From NCBI GenBank assembly GCA_047601445.1, contig JASGJH010000001.1, positions 3,584,001-3,648,000 of the forward strand: a stretch of DNA of 64,000 bases, in the 5' to 3' direction. The position numbers and the translations under genes are program-made. This document shows positions 22,029 through 31,950 of this stretch, piece after piece (positions within the stretch are counted from its first letter, which is position 1; each line of letters begins with the position of its first letter). The DNA is from Myxococcales bacterium (lineage in GTDB: Bacteria; Myxococcota_A; Polyangia; Polyangiales; DASUME01). The notes under the pieces are model-generated. The model made no database searches. It saw only the letters and a program-made list of their open reading frames with translations, and had not been told where the DNA came from.

Positions 22029-22562
22029 ATGCCGAAGAAGTCCCGCAAGTCCTCAGAAAGACCTGCCGCCGCCAAACGAACGGGTGTCGTCGATGCCGAC
22101 GCCAGCTATCGCGCCAAGCTCGAGAGTGAGAAACGCCAGAGCTCCATCCAGGTACTCTTCAAGGTGGCGCGCCTGCTAGATGAAGAAGCGCTACGGCGCG
22201 TCGCCCGCCGCACGGGCCAACCCCAGCTGCGCCGCTCCCACACCAGCCTGCTGCCCCACATCGACCTCGAAGGAACGCGCATCACGGATCTGGCCGATCG
22301 CCTCGGCATCACCAAGCAAGCGGTGTCTCAGCTGGTCGACGATCTCGAGGCGCTCGACGTGCTCGCGCGTGTGCCCGACCCGGAGGACGCTCGCGCCAAG
22401 CGCGTGGTCTTTACCGCCAAAGGGCGCACCGGCCTACTGGAAGGCTTGGCCGTGCTGCGGGCGCTCGAAGGCGAGCTCGAAGCACGCGTGGGTAAAGCCG
22501 CCATGGCCGCGCTCCGGAACACCCTTCTTGCGATTCATGATGATCTTTGTCGCGACGCATGA
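22029..22562 (+). CDS. MarR-family transcriptional regulator
   Basis: ITDLADRLGITKQAVSQLVDDLE, PDPEDARAKRVVFTAKG. Confidence 0.92.
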   Translation: MPKKSRKSSERPAAAKRTGVVDADASYRAKLESEKRQSSIQVLFKVARLLDEEALRRVARRTGQPQLRRSHTSLLPHIDLEGTRITDLADRLGITKQAVSQLVDDLEALDVLARVPDPEDARAKRVVFTAKGRTGLLEGLAVLRALEGELEARVGKAAMAALRNTLLAIHDDLCRDA

Positions 22563-22593
22563 GGACGAGCGGCGAGCCGCCGACAGCAAGCCT

Positions 22594-22795
22594 CCAGCGG
22601 CCAGCAGCTAGCAGCCATCGGCCAGCAGCTAGCAGCCATCCGCAAATCCGCGAGCGGGCATCCGCGATTGGCCAGCCCGCAGGCGGCGAACGGCCGGCAG
22701 GCGTCCCGCAGCCCGCAGACAGCTGTTGGCTGACTGCCGACCGCGGACTTGCCGTTCGCCGATAGCGGATGGCCGATCGCCGATGGCCAATGGCC
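22594..22795. repeat. Inverted arrays of degenerate heptamers between convergent genes
   Basis: Left array CCAGCGG/CCAGCAG/CTAGCAG/CCATCGG, including a perfect 21-bp tandem duplication at 22599-22640; right array GCCGATA/GCGGATG/GCCGATC/GCCGATG/GCCAATG at 22751-22795. Confidence 0.75.
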
Positions 22796-22812
22796 GCCGC
22801 TCGCCGCTGTCT

Positions 22813-25140
22813 CTACTTTTCCTGCTTCTTACCGGTATCACCGGCCAGCGACTTGGCAGCGGACTTCTCCCCGCCAGTCATGTCGGAGAGCAGATTGAGC
22901 GCCTCTTCCACGTAGGGATCGTGGGCGAGCGTCTCCTTCCACTTGTCCACGCGACCGGCGCCTCCCTTGCGGGCGGGCGGCGGCGTGACGGGCTCGTCGG
23001 GACGGTAGTTCACGATCTTCACCAGGAAGCGCTCGGGCCCGTCTTCGAGCTTGGGGTCGAGCTTGTCGAGCGCCTCTTCGTCACGCTTGCGCTGGGCCTG
23101 CCAGGCCTCGCGCTTGAGCGGCACCAGCGTCTCCTTGCGACGCTCGAGCAGATAGGCGCCGCGCTCGCGCACCTTGGCGAACGCGGGCTGCGCGTCCTGG
23201 CGCTGCTTGCTCTTGGCGTCGAGGGACTTGGTGTCCCAGTCGTGCGGCCACGGCGTGGCGGGCAGCGGCGGCACCTGGCTCCACGGGATCGCGTTCTCCA
23301 GGTAGCGCTCGCCCGACTCCACGTGCGAGGCCGGGTCCGGCAGCGCCACGTCCGGCTGCACGCCGCGCCACTGCGTCGATTCGCCGTCCACCAGGAAGAA
23401 CTGCTGGATGGTGAGCTTGGCGACCCCGAGCGGATCGCCGCTGCCGCGTCGATCTTCCATGCGGTCCAGGTCCACCATCGCCTGCACGGTGCCCTTGCCG
23501 TGTGTCTCGGTGCCCACGATCAGCGCGCGCCCGTAGTCCTGCAGCGCACCCGCCAAGATCTCGGAGGCCGAGGCGCTGAAGCGATCGACCAGCACCACCA
23601 CGTTGCCCTTGTAGGCCTCGCCTGCCTCGCTATCGCCCAGCACCTGCAACTTGCCTTCGGCGCCCTTGGCGGCCACCACCGGCCCGCGGTCGATCAAGAG
23701 GCCGGTGATGTCGTTGGCGTGGTTCAAGAGACCGCCGCCATTGCCCCGCAGATCGATCACCACGCCGGACACGTTCTGCGCCGCGAAGCGCTCGAGCAGA
23801 GCTCGCACATCGCTGGTAGCGTCGCGCTCCGGCGTACCACCCTTGGTGGTGCGCGTGTTGCCGTAGAAGCTCGGCAGGTAGATGTAGCCGAACTGCGTGC
23901 GCTTCGGCCCGAGCTCCAGGATCGCGCCGCGTGCGTAGGCGTCTTCCACCACCACCAAGTCACGCTTGATGGAGATGATCTCGATGCGCTCGTCGGGCTT
24001 CTTCACGGTGAGCGTCACCACGGTGCCCTTGGGGCCGCGGATCATCCGCACCACCTCGTTGATGCGCATGTCGGCCACGTCGACCGGCTCGCCCTTGGCT
24101 TGCTTGACCGCCAGGATCAGGTCGCCCGCCTCGAGGTGCCCCTCACGCCAGGCTGCGCCGCCCGGCACCACCTCGCGCACCGAGATGTAGTGCGCGTCCT
24201 CCGTGAGCACGGCGCCGATGCCCTCGAGGGAACCGCTGATCTGGATGTCGAAGTTCTCCTGCTGCTCGGGAGCCAGATACAGCGTGTGCGGGTCGTACAC
24301 GCCCGCGATGGCGTTCACGAAGGTCTCGGCCGCCTCCAGCGGCTCCACCTTGGAGAGCCGCAAGAAGCGCCCCTCGTAGTCCTTGGCCAGGTCCTCGCGG
24401 GCCTTCGTCTCGCGCCCCTCGAAGGTGGGCGGCGGTGGCTCGAGCGTGACCTTGGGCGTCTCCTCGTCGGCCGCCGCCTTGTCCTTGCCGTCCTTGGCTT
24501 CCTTGCTGGCCTTGTCGCCCTCGGCTTTGAGCTTCTCGGCAGCCTTGGCCGTCTCTTCCATGCGCTCGATGCGCTCCAGGACCTGCTGCTTGAGGCTCTT
24601 GCGCCAGCGATCGCGCCGCTCCTCCTCGTTGGCCGGGAAGGACAGCTTCTTGGGATCGGTCTCGAGGCTCTCGTCGACGCTGAAGTCGAAGGGCGTCTTG
24701 AGGATCTCGGCCACCATGCTGGCCACGTGCTTCTGGTCTTCGGCCATCACCGCCGCGCCCGTGTGAGCCAGCGCCAGGTCACCTGCGTGCATCTGGTCGT
24801 CGATGCGGGTCGCGTCGCGCTCGAGCACCTCGACCTCTCCCTTGAGCAGGAAGAGCTTGCCCGGGTCGAGAGCATCCAGGTACTTGGCGAAGGCCTTGCG
24901 AGAGATCTCGTCGTCGAGCACGTGGGGTCGCACGTGCTCCCGCTCGAGCAGTTCGCTCACCGAGGCCGCGATGCGTTTCTCGCGTGGATTTGCGGGCTGC
25001 GCCTTGGGCAGCCTGAGCTCCTCGCGGATGGCTTGTTCGGCGATGGGCGCAGAGGCCGGCGCAGAAGTCCCCTTGGGGGTCGGCGCCCGGCCGCAAGCGA
25101 CGCTGAAGATGAGTGCGAGCAGGAATGCGTGACGCAGCAT
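22813..25140 (-). CDS. prc: Carboxy-terminal processing (tail-specific) protease, S41A, lipoprotein
   Basis: Lipobox SVAC, DPHTLY, LEGIGA PDZ, IDLRGNGGG, SASASEI, HGKGTVQ, STQWRGV. Confidence 0.9.
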   Translation of the reverse strand: MLRHAFLLALIFSVACGRAPTPKGTSAPASAPIAEQAIREELRLPKAQPANPREKRIAASVSELLEREHVRPHVLDDEISRKAFAKYLDALDPGKLFLLKGEVEVLERDATRIDDQMHAGDLALAHTGAAVMAEDQKHVASMVAEILKTPFDFSVDESLETDPKKLSFPANEEERRDRWRKSLKQQVLERIERMEETAKAAEKLKAEGDKASKEAKDGKDKAAADEETPKVTLEPPPPTFEGRETKAREDLAKDYEGRFLRLSKVEPLEAAETFVNAIAGVYDPHTLYLAPEQQENFDIQISGSLEGIGAVLTEDAHYISVREVVPGGAAWREGHLEAGDLILAVKQAKGEPVDVADMRINEVVRMIRGPKGTVVTLTVKKPDERIEIISIKRDLVVVEDAYARGAILELGPKRTQFGYIYLPSFYGNTRTTKGGTPERDATSDVRALLERFAAQNVSGVVIDLRGNGGGLLNHANDITGLLIDRGPVVAAKGAEGKLQVLGDSEAGEAYKGNVVVLVDRFSASASEILAGALQDYGRALIVGTETHGKGTVQAMVDLDRMEDRRGSGDPLGVAKLTIQQFFLVDGESTQWRGVQPDVALPDPASHVESGERYLENAIPWSQVPPLPATPWPHDWDTKSLDAKSKQRQDAQPAFAKVRERGAYLLERRKETLVPLKREAWQAQRKRDEEALDKLDPKLEDGPERFLVKIVNYRPDEPVTPPPARKGGAGRVDKWKETLAHDPYVEEALNLLSDMTGGEKSAAKSLAGDTGKKQEK

Positions 25141-25325
25141 GAGCTAGCCAGGATAGCGCGCCCCGGGAAAGTACGGAACCCCACCCAAAGCGCCTCACGC
25201 ATTGACGCGTACAGACCATGGGACAGCCATGAGTGCGCTGAAATGACACCCCGGTGGCCCGCCCGGTCAAACACGTGACCCCGGGCGCCACTGCGCGGGC
25301 GCCCGGCTTTCCGTACAAGTGCGGG

Positions 25326-26483
25326 ATGATTTTTCCCGGTTCCCCCCGCAGAAGCCCTATCCAAATCCTGCTTTTGGGCCTCCTGCTAGGCCTGTGTCTC
25401 ACGGGTTGCCAGCGCATGGGCATGGCCAACATCAAGCCGGCCAAGCTCGAGGAAAAGTACGGCGGCCCAACGTCGCAGTACATGACGGTCGACGGCACCC
25501 GCATCCACTATCGCATCGACGGCAACCCCGACGGCCCGGGGGTCCTGCTCCTGCACGGTGTCTTGGCTTCGACCCATACCTGGGACGGCTGGGTCGAGAA
25601 CATCGGGGGCAAGTACCACATCATCCGGTTGGACCTGCCGGGCTTCGGTCTGAGCGAGCCCCTCAAGAACAAGAATTATACGCCCGAGTACGCCATCGAG
25701 TTCTTCGAGATGGCCCGCAAGCAGCTCCAGGTCGAGCACCCCGAGCTCGCAGCGAAGACCGAGAAGTTCCACCTGGTGGGCAACTCCCTGGGCGGCTTCA
25801 TCTCCTGGTTCTACGCGACCAAGTACCCGGAACGGATCAACAAGCTGATCCTGATCGATCCCATCGCGTACCAGCAGCCCCTGCCGCGCATCATCAAGTT
25901 CGCCTCGGGCGGCTTCGGCGGCTTGATGGCCCAGATCTCGTCACCGCGCTTCATCGTGAAGCGCAACGTGCGTAAGGTGTACGGCCACCCCGAGACGCCG
26001 AGCGACGAGACCATCCTGCGCTACCACGAGCTCCTGCTCTACAAGGGCCACAAGACGGCGATGGTCGAGTACTTCAAGACGCTGCGGAAGTACAACGAAG
26101 AGGACTCGATGGCGAAGTTCGTGCCGCAGATCAAGGTGCCCACCTTGTTGATGTTCGGCGGCAAGGATCGCTGGGTTCCGCCGGAGCTGATCGACAAGTG
26201 GAAGCGCGACGTGGACGGCCTGCAGGTCAAGGTCTACGCCGAGGGCGGCCACATCCCGATGGAGGAGTTCCCGCTCGAGACGTCCCGTGACGCCGACGAG
26301 TTCATGGGCGGCGGCGCGAGCGAAGCCGTGGCGAGCTCGGGCGACGAAGAGCCCGCACCGGCCCAGGAAGAAGCGGCTCCCGAAGCCGAAGAGCCTGCCG
26401 CCAAGCCCGCACCCAAGGCGAGCAAGAAGAAGCCCGCCAAGACCGCGCAGGGCAACATGGCCGACTGGGGCGACACTCAGTAG
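25326..26483 (+). CDS. Alpha/beta hydrolase lipoprotein with acidic/Lys-Pro-rich tail
   Basis: Lipobox LTGC, LLHG, DLPGFGLS, GNSLGG, GGHIPMEE. Confidence 0.88.
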   Translation: MIFPGSPRRSPIQILLLGLLLGLCLTGCQRMGMANIKPAKLEEKYGGPTSQYMTVDGTRIHYRIDGNPDGPGVLLLHGVLASTHTWDGWVENIGGKYHIIRLDLPGFGLSEPLKNKNYTPEYAIEFFEMARKQLQVEHPELAAKTEKFHLVGNSLGGFISWFYATKYPERINKLILIDPIAYQQPLPRIIKFASGGFGGLMAQISSPRFIVKRNVRKVYGHPETPSDETILRYHELLLYKGHKTAMVEYFKTLRKYNEEDSMAKFVPQIKVPTLLMFGGKDRWVPPELIDKWKRDVDGLQVKVYAEGGHIPMEEFPLETSRDADEFMGGGASEAVASSGDEEPAPAQEEAAPEAEEPAAKPAPKASKKKPAKTAQGNMADWGDTQ

Positions 26484-26532
26484 TAAACACCGCGGCTCAC
26501 GTTCTGCGCCCCCTTCTGGGGCGCCACGTGAA

Positions 26533-26931
26533 TCACGCCTCGAGCTGCTTGTCGCTCGTAGGAGCCGGCGGCGGCAAGCTGCCCAGCTTCCGCGCGACCG
26601 CCGTGGCCACCCGGATGCCCAGGCTTTCGACCACGGCGCTCGGCGAGCGCACGAAGTTGTCGTGGGCAGCCAACACCTCGGGCGACGGCGGCTCGGCGCC
26701 GGGGATCAAGGAAGGTCGCCTGGGCTCTTCGTCCGTGTCTAGCGGCCGCGAGCTGGCCGGACCCGGCGCGGGCTCTTGGCTGGCTCCGGCGGCGAGGCTC
26801 GGCGCAGAGGCCGGCTCGGCTTTCGCGGAAGGGCTCGGAGCCGGGCTGGCTGCCACGGGCTCTGGGGCCTGAACAACCGCAGCCGACTTCGGCTCCTCAC
26901 GACGCCGACCCTTCGAGGACTTTTTTCCCAC
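26533..26931 (-). CDS. Hypothetical low-complexity Pro/Ala/Ser protein
   Basis: GGGAGG 8 nt upstream of GTG; fills the gap downstream of the histidine kinase. Confidence 0.5.
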   Translation of the reverse strand: MGKKSSKGRRREEPKSAAVVQAPEPVAASPAPSPSAKAEPASAPSLAAGASQEPAPGPASSRPLDTDEEPRRPSLIPGAEPPSPEVLAAHDNFVRSPSAVVESLGIRVATAVARKLGSLPPPAPTSDKQLEA

Positions 26932-27063
26932 GTCCCATGCCTCCCGCTAGACGGCCGGCAGAATACGCCTGCTTTCCGGCGCGTGAACCGAAACCATACC
27001 TCAGCCTGCAACTGTGCACGGAGGCTGAAACGAACTGTGGCGATCGCCACAGTTCGACCGGCC

Positions 27064-28476
27064 TCATGGCTGGACCTTGCCTGACCACATGGGCAGCCCA
27101 ATCCGCAGATGGGCCCCCGTGGCCGCGGGCAGGAACTCGGCGCTGCCACCGTGGGCCTGGGCCACGGCCGCGATCAGCGCCAGGCCCATGCCGTGTCCCG
27201 GGGTGCCCGCGAGGCGCGCGCTCGGGGCGCGGAAGAACGGGGCGAAAACCAGCTTGCGGTCGACCTCGCCCAGCCCGCTCCCCCCGTCTTGCACGTCGAT
27301 CACGGCCTCGCCTTCTCGGCGGCGGATGCCCACATGCACACGGCCCGCGGAGAACTTGATCGCATTCTCCAGCGCGTTGCCCAGCATCGCCCGCAGGAGC
27401 GTGGTGTCTCCGCGCACGATCACATCGTCTTCCTGGGCAACCTCCAGGCGCGCGCGGGCTTCCGCGCTGAACCCCTCCCGCACCAGAGCCAGCACATCGC
27501 TCAAGTCCACCAGCTCGGCCTCGCTCAGCCGCAGTCCATCCGCGGTCCGCGCCAGCGCCAGCAGGCGCTCCACCAGGCCACTCAACTCCCCCACCTGTCC
27601 GCGCACGCGCGCGAGGCCCTTCGCATCGCTCGTCGCTTCGGTGTGCTCCGCCAGGAGCTCGAGCTCGCCCGCGATGGTGGTCAGGGGTGTCCTCAGCTCG
27701 TGGGCGGCCTCCGCTGCGAAGGCGCGCGCCTGCTCTAGGGCACCGGCCAAGCGCTCCACTAGCTGCGCGATGGCCTGGCGCAGTTCGTCGACCTCGCCCG
27801 GTGAGGGCTTCTCCAAACGCAGCCCGTGCGCCGCGTCCGCGCTGCTCACGCGGTCCACGTGCACGGCGCGCACGCGGTCGCGCAGCTCGTGGAGTGGTGC
27901 GAGCACCCACTGGGCAACTCTGCGGCTCAGCAGCCAACCGAGCAGCGCGCCCACCACCGCGCCGAACAGCACCGCGCGGCCGAATAGTCCGAGCTGCTCG
28001 AGCTCGCGCTCCTCGCTGGCGGCCAGCGTCAAGAGCCCCTGATCGAAGGACACCGAGCATGCGCGTAGCGGCTGCGCTGCGAGCAAGCTGCGCACGCACT
28101 CGCCGGCGGGAGGTCGCGCGAGCAGCCCATCGCCCGCCAAGACGCGCCCCTGCTGAGACAGCACCGCGCGCGCACCGAGCAGCTTCACGTCGCCGAGCTC
28201 GTGGGTCAGTACGGCCTGCAGGGTGCGGCCCGCGGGACCGTAGTCGCGCGCTTGCTCCTCGGGGTCGTCTTCCTCGAACTCCTCACGCATCTCGGAGGCC
28301 AATTCGCGGGCGGCGTCGAGCAAGTGCTCGTTCTGGTGGGCCTGGAGCAAGCCGCGCGCCGTGATGCCCGAGGCCAGCGCGGCCACGGCGCCTCCGAGCG
28401 AGGCCGCCAACGCGCTCGCCAGCGCCACGCGGGCGGTGAGCGAGAAGCCGCGCTTCGCCGGTGGGCTAGCGGCCAT
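27064..28476 (-). CDS. Membrane sensor histidine kinase (HAMP-HisKA-HATPase)
   Basis: Two TM helices, AAHELRTPL, NALENAIKF, DGGSG, GHGMGL. Confidence 0.92.
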   Translation of the reverse strand: MAASPPAKRGFSLTARVALASALAASLGGAVAALASGITARGLLQAHQNEHLLDAARELASEMREEFEEDDPEEQARDYGPAGRTLQAVLTHELGDVKLLGARAVLSQQGRVLAGDGLLARPPAGECVRSLLAAQPLRACSVSFDQGLLTLAASEERELEQLGLFGRAVLFGAVVGALLGWLLSRRVAQWVLAPLHELRDRVRAVHVDRVSSADAAHGLRLEKPSPGEVDELRQAIAQLVERLAGALEQARAFAAEAAHELRTPLTTIAGELELLAEHTEATSDAKGLARVRGQVGELSGLVERLLALARTADGLRLSEAELVDLSDVLALVREGFSAEARARLEVAQEDDVIVRGDTTLLRAMLGNALENAIKFSAGRVHVGIRRREGEAVIDVQDGGSGLGEVDRKLVFAPFFRAPSARLAGTPGHGMGLALIAAVAQAHGGSAEFLPAATGAHLRIGLPMWSGKVQP

Positions 28477-29128
28477 GCTCGAGCGCATATCCTTCGCCGC
28501 GCACCGTACGCACCACGTCGGGGCCGAGCTTGCGCCGGATGCGGGCCATCAATACGTCGAGGCTCTGGTTGGCGTTGTCGGAGATCTCGCCCCACAGGCA
28601 GTCGAGGATCTCGGAGCGCGACACCAAGCGGCCCGCGCGCATCGCGAGCAGCTCCACGATGGCCCACTCACGCGCCGTGAGCGGAATCTCGCTGCCCGCG
28701 CGCAGCGCCTTGCGCGCGCCCAGGTCGAGCGAGAGGTCTTCGAAGTTCAGGCAGGGTTTCCGCTCGATGGGCCCACGCCGCCCGAGTGCACGCACCCGCG
28801 CGCGCAGCTCGGCCACCGCGAAGGGCTTCGGCAAGAAGTCGTCCGCCCCTGCGTCGAGCCCTGCGACACGCTGCGGAACCTCGCCGTGGGCCGTGAGCAA
28901 CAGGATGGGAAAGCGTTGACCTGCCTCGCGCAGCGAGCGACACAGCTCGATGCCCGTCCCGTCCGGCAGCGCCACGTCGAGGATCATCACGTCGGGCGAG
29001 CGCTCGCGAATGCCGGCGCGCGCCGCTTCGACGCTGGTCGCCGAGCGCACCACGTGGCCCTCGCGGGCCAGAGCACGGCTCACCAAATCGAGCACTTCCG
29101 GATGATCGTCGACCACCAACAGTTGCAT
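28466..29128 (-). CDS. OmpR-family response regulator
   Basis: LLVVDD, ILDVALP, KPF, LTAREW, RIRRKLG, TVRGEGY. Confidence 0.93.
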   Translation of the reverse strand: MQLLVVDDHPEVLDLVSRALAREGHVVRSATSVEAARAGIRERSPDVMILDVALPDGTGIELCRSLREAGQRFPILLLTAHGEVPQRVAGLDAGADDFLPKPFAVAELRARVRALGRRGPIERKPCLNFEDLSLDLGARKALRAGSEIPLTAREWAIVELLAMRAGRLVSRSEILDCLWGEISDNANQSLDVLMARIRRKLGPDVVRTVRGEGYALEHGR

Positions 29129-29296
29129 GGTTCGAAGTCGATTCAGCGCGTTCGCGCGGGCCCTGCGAATCCGCCATCCAGGCGCGGTTAAGCTGCGCGC
29201 AGCGCCGTGTTTTTCGGCGCAAGCGGGCTTCCCTGCCGAGCTGGCGACGGTTTCGGCGTGAGGCGCGGTGCTTATGTCTAGCTGCGGGGGGTCTCC

Positions 29297-30121
29297 ATGG
29301 TGGCGCGGCAACGAACGACGAATGCGAGTTTCGAAGGCGCTTTCGGGCACTGGTTCGTGCTGGTCGCACTGCTCGCCATGCTGGCGGTGAACCTGCTCGC
29401 GAGCTGGTTACCGCTCAACGGTCAAACCACCGCCGAGCTCGCGGCCCGCTTCAGCGAACGCTTCCGCCCGGCGGACTACACCTTCGCGATCTGGCTGCCC
29501 ATCTACGCGGGCCTGCTGGCCTACGCCGTCTTCCAGGCACTGCCCAGTCAGCGCGACAACCCACGCCTCGCCGCCATTCGCAGCCCGTTCATGCTCAGCT
29601 GCGGCGCCAACATGGCCTGGATCTTCTGCTGGCACTACCAGCTGATCGGCGCGTCGATGCTCGCGATGCTTGCCCTGCTCGTGGCGCTGATCTCGATCAA
29701 TCAGCGGCTGCACTGGGGCAATGGCGAACAGCCCCTGGCCGAGCTGTGGTGCGTGGAGGCGCCGTTTCGCATGTATCTGGCGTGGATCTCGGTGGCCAGC
29801 CTGGCGAACCTGAGCGCCTGGGTGGAAGCGCAGGCGTTGTTGCCGGTAGGCATGAGCGGGAGTTCCTTCGCGGTGGGTCTGGTGCTGTTCGCCACGCTGA
29901 TCTCGGCCCTGGTGGGCTGGCTGCGCCACGACGCGTTGTACCTGGCCGTGGTGGCGTGGGCGTTTATCGGCATCGTGGTGCGCAATGGCGCGAGCTCCGC
30001 GGTCTCGGGCGTGGCCATGGGGGGCGTCTTGATCATGGGTGCGTTGATCTTGAGCGCGCTGGCATGGAACCGCCGTCACGGCGCCGAGCCCCCCTTCCAC
30101 AGCGCGGGCACCGCGATTTAA
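29297..30121 (+). CDS. TspO/MBR-like tryptophan-rich membrane protein
   Basis: LPLNGQTT, PADYTFAIWLPIY, NMAWIFCWHY, YLAWISVA; multiple TM helices. Confidence 0.8.
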   Translation: MVARQRTTNASFEGAFGHWFVLVALLAMLAVNLLASWLPLNGQTTAELAARFSERFRPADYTFAIWLPIYAGLLAYAVFQALPSQRDNPRLAAIRSPFMLSCGANMAWIFCWHYQLIGASMLAMLALLVALISINQRLHWGNGEQPLAELWCVEAPFRMYLAWISVASLANLSAWVEAQALLPVGMSGSSFAVGLVLFATLISALVGWLRHDALYLAVVAWAFIGIVVRNGASSAVSGVAMGGVLIMGALILSALAWNRRHGAEPPFHSAGTAI

Positions 30122-30126
30122 TCATC

Positions 30127-30277
30127 GGGGAGGTCACGCGACCTCCCCGCCCGGCGCGGCAAAGCCGCGACGGGACCCACCCCTCCGCGACGTTCGCGGC
30201 GCACACGCGGCGTGCTCGTATTCCTCTGAGGTCACGCGACCTCCCCGACCGGCGCGGCAAAGCCGCGACGGGACTCC
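30127..30277 (+). repeat. REP-like structured repeat, two units with 98-nt period
   Basis: GAGGTCACGCGACCTCCCCG(C/A)CCGGCGCGGCAAAGCCGCGACGGGAC at ~30130 and ~30228; two hairpins per unit. Confidence 0.85.
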
Positions 30278-30285
30278 ATGGCTGA

Positions 30286-30915
30286 CTAGAGCAACTCGGA
30301 CGGCACCAGGAGCTTCGCCATCCAACTCCGGAAGCGCGCGGCGCCCTGGCGCTCGTCCATGCCCGCGATCTTGCGCATGGTGGGGCCGGCCACGCTCTCG
30401 CCGATGGCACTCAGGGTCACGAGCAAGAGGCGGAAGACCGTATCCTCGTAGGCCACCGTGGCGCCTGGAGCGGCCGCGAGCCTCTTCTGGTGCACGACCT
30501 CCGCCAGCACCTTGAGCTGGGAACGACTGCTGTCAGGGGCGTGCCCCGAGAGCAAGAGCCAGCTCAGCACACGCCCGTGGCCCTTACCGACCAGCACCGC
30601 GAAGGTTTGTTCGACGGCGGACAATAGCGCCGCGTCGCCCGCGGGCTGGGCCGCGGAGATGGAGCGGATCAAGTCCTCCTCCAGGCTCACAAACGCCCGC
30701 GCCACCACGGCCTGGATCAGGCCCTCGCGGTTTCCGAAGTGGTGCAGCACGGCGGGGTGGGAGATCCCCACGTCGGCAGCGATCTGCTGCAGGCGCAGGC
30801 CGTCGGGACCGTGCTCGAGCAGGTGTCGCTCGGCCACGTCGAGGATCTCCGCGCGTGTCTCGTCGGCGTTGCGGCGCACACGTTTTACGGGGGTTTTGGG
30901 CTTGCGGCTTGACAC
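30286..30915 (-). CDS. TetR/AcrR-family regulator
   Basis: TRAEILDVAERHLLEHG, IAADVGISHPAVLHHFGNREGL. Confidence 0.92.
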   Translation of the reverse strand: MSSRKPKTPVKRVRRNADETRAEILDVAERHLLEHGPDGLRLQQIAADVGISHPAVLHHFGNREGLIQAVVARAFVSLEEDLIRSISAAQPAGDAALLSAVEQTFAVLVGKGHGRVLSWLLLSGHAPDSSRSQLKVLAEVVHQKRLAAAPGATVAYEDTVFRLLLVTLSAIGESVAGPTMRKIAGMDERQGAARFRSWMAKLLVPSELL

Positions 30916-30935
30916 GAGGAGGGGCTCGGCAGATA

Positions 30936-30951
30936 CTTACAAAGTTGTTAG
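30936..30951. promoter_or_regulatory. Candidate TetR operator CTTACA-N4-TGTTAG
   Basis: AT-rich palindrome with one mismatch between divergent tetR and the coq4-like gene. Confidence 0.5.
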
Positions 30952-30997
30952 CACGGGCATCGCGAGATGCCGCGCGAGGACGTCAGGAGGATTCGTG

Positions 30998-31738
30998 ATG
31001 CGCGAACTGCACCCTGGACAACTGCGTATCGGCGAGGCGCTGCGGGCCCTGAAGGCCCTGGTGGAGAATCCGGAGGACACCGCCCAAGTCTTTCGCATCA
31101 TCGAGGCCTTGTCCGGGAGAAATGCCCTCCACAACGCCGAGCGCATGGCCCGCTCCCCGAGCGGCAAACGCCTACTGCGCGACACCCCGGACCTCTTGCC
31201 GCAGCTGCTCGACCGCGCGCGCCTCGAGGCCTTGCCCGAGCACAGCCTGGGGCGCGCCTACCTGCGCTTCTTGGCGGCCGAGGGCATCACGGTGGAGGGG
31301 CTGTATCAGGCCAGCATCGACGGGCGTGGACTCGAAGCCCACCAGCTCCCCCCGGACGTCGAGTACTTCCGCAATCGCATGCGCGACACGCACGACCTCT
31401 GGCATGTGGTCACCGGCTATCAGGGCGACATCGTGGGCGAAGCCGCCCTGCTCGCGTTCTCGTTCGCGCAGGTGCACAACCTGGGCGTGGGCTTGATCGC
31501 CAGCGTGGCCTTCGTGCGCGGCCCCCAAGGCGAGATGCGCCGTGAGATCCTGCACGGCTTCGCGCGAGGCGTGCGGGCCCGCTGGTTGCCGGCGGTGGAG
31601 TGGGAGGAGCTGCTTGCCTTGCCGCTCGCAGAGGTGCGCGCGCGCTTGAGGGTCGGCCCGCCCAGGCCCTACCAGCCCGTGCGAGCGCGGGACTGGGCCG
31701 TGGCCCCGCGGCCAGAACGCCCGCGCCAAGCTGCCTGA
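30998..31738 (+). CDS. Coq4-family protein
   Basis: LEALPEHSLGRAY, RMRDTHDLWHVVTGY-x5-GE (HDxxH-x11-E metal motif); AGGAGG RBS. Confidence 0.85.
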   Translation: MRELHPGQLRIGEALRALKALVENPEDTAQVFRIIEALSGRNALHNAERMARSPSGKRLLRDTPDLLPQLLDRARLEALPEHSLGRAYLRFLAAEGITVEGLYQASIDGRGLEAHQLPPDVEYFRNRMRDTHDLWHVVTGYQGDIVGEAALLAFSFAQVHNLGVGLIASVAFVRGPQGEMRREILHGFARGVRARWLPAVEWEELLALPLAEVRARLRVGPPRPYQPVRARDWAVAPRPERPRQAA

Positions 31739-31950
31739 GTCCGGAGGACGGAAGTGCCTTCCCTTCCGGGTCCTACGCCCGCTCGTTGGGCTTTGACCGG
31801 TGAGCCCAACCGGTTGGCCCCCGCGCCCCCCACTCCGAATTCCGCCAAGGACTAGCGTCACTCGGACATTGAGCTGCGAGGGAGGGCCCACGCCCTTCTG
31901 GCCGTCCCATGGGGTCGCGCCTCTTCGCTTGCTCGACAGGAGTCCGAGAC

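Noticed and set aside
30127..30277. Possible mini-CRISPR (two ~50-bp repeats with a spacer)
   Set aside because: Only two units, repeats long and GC-rich, no cas genes or leader, and a related copy lies 12 kb away; this fits a REP-like element.
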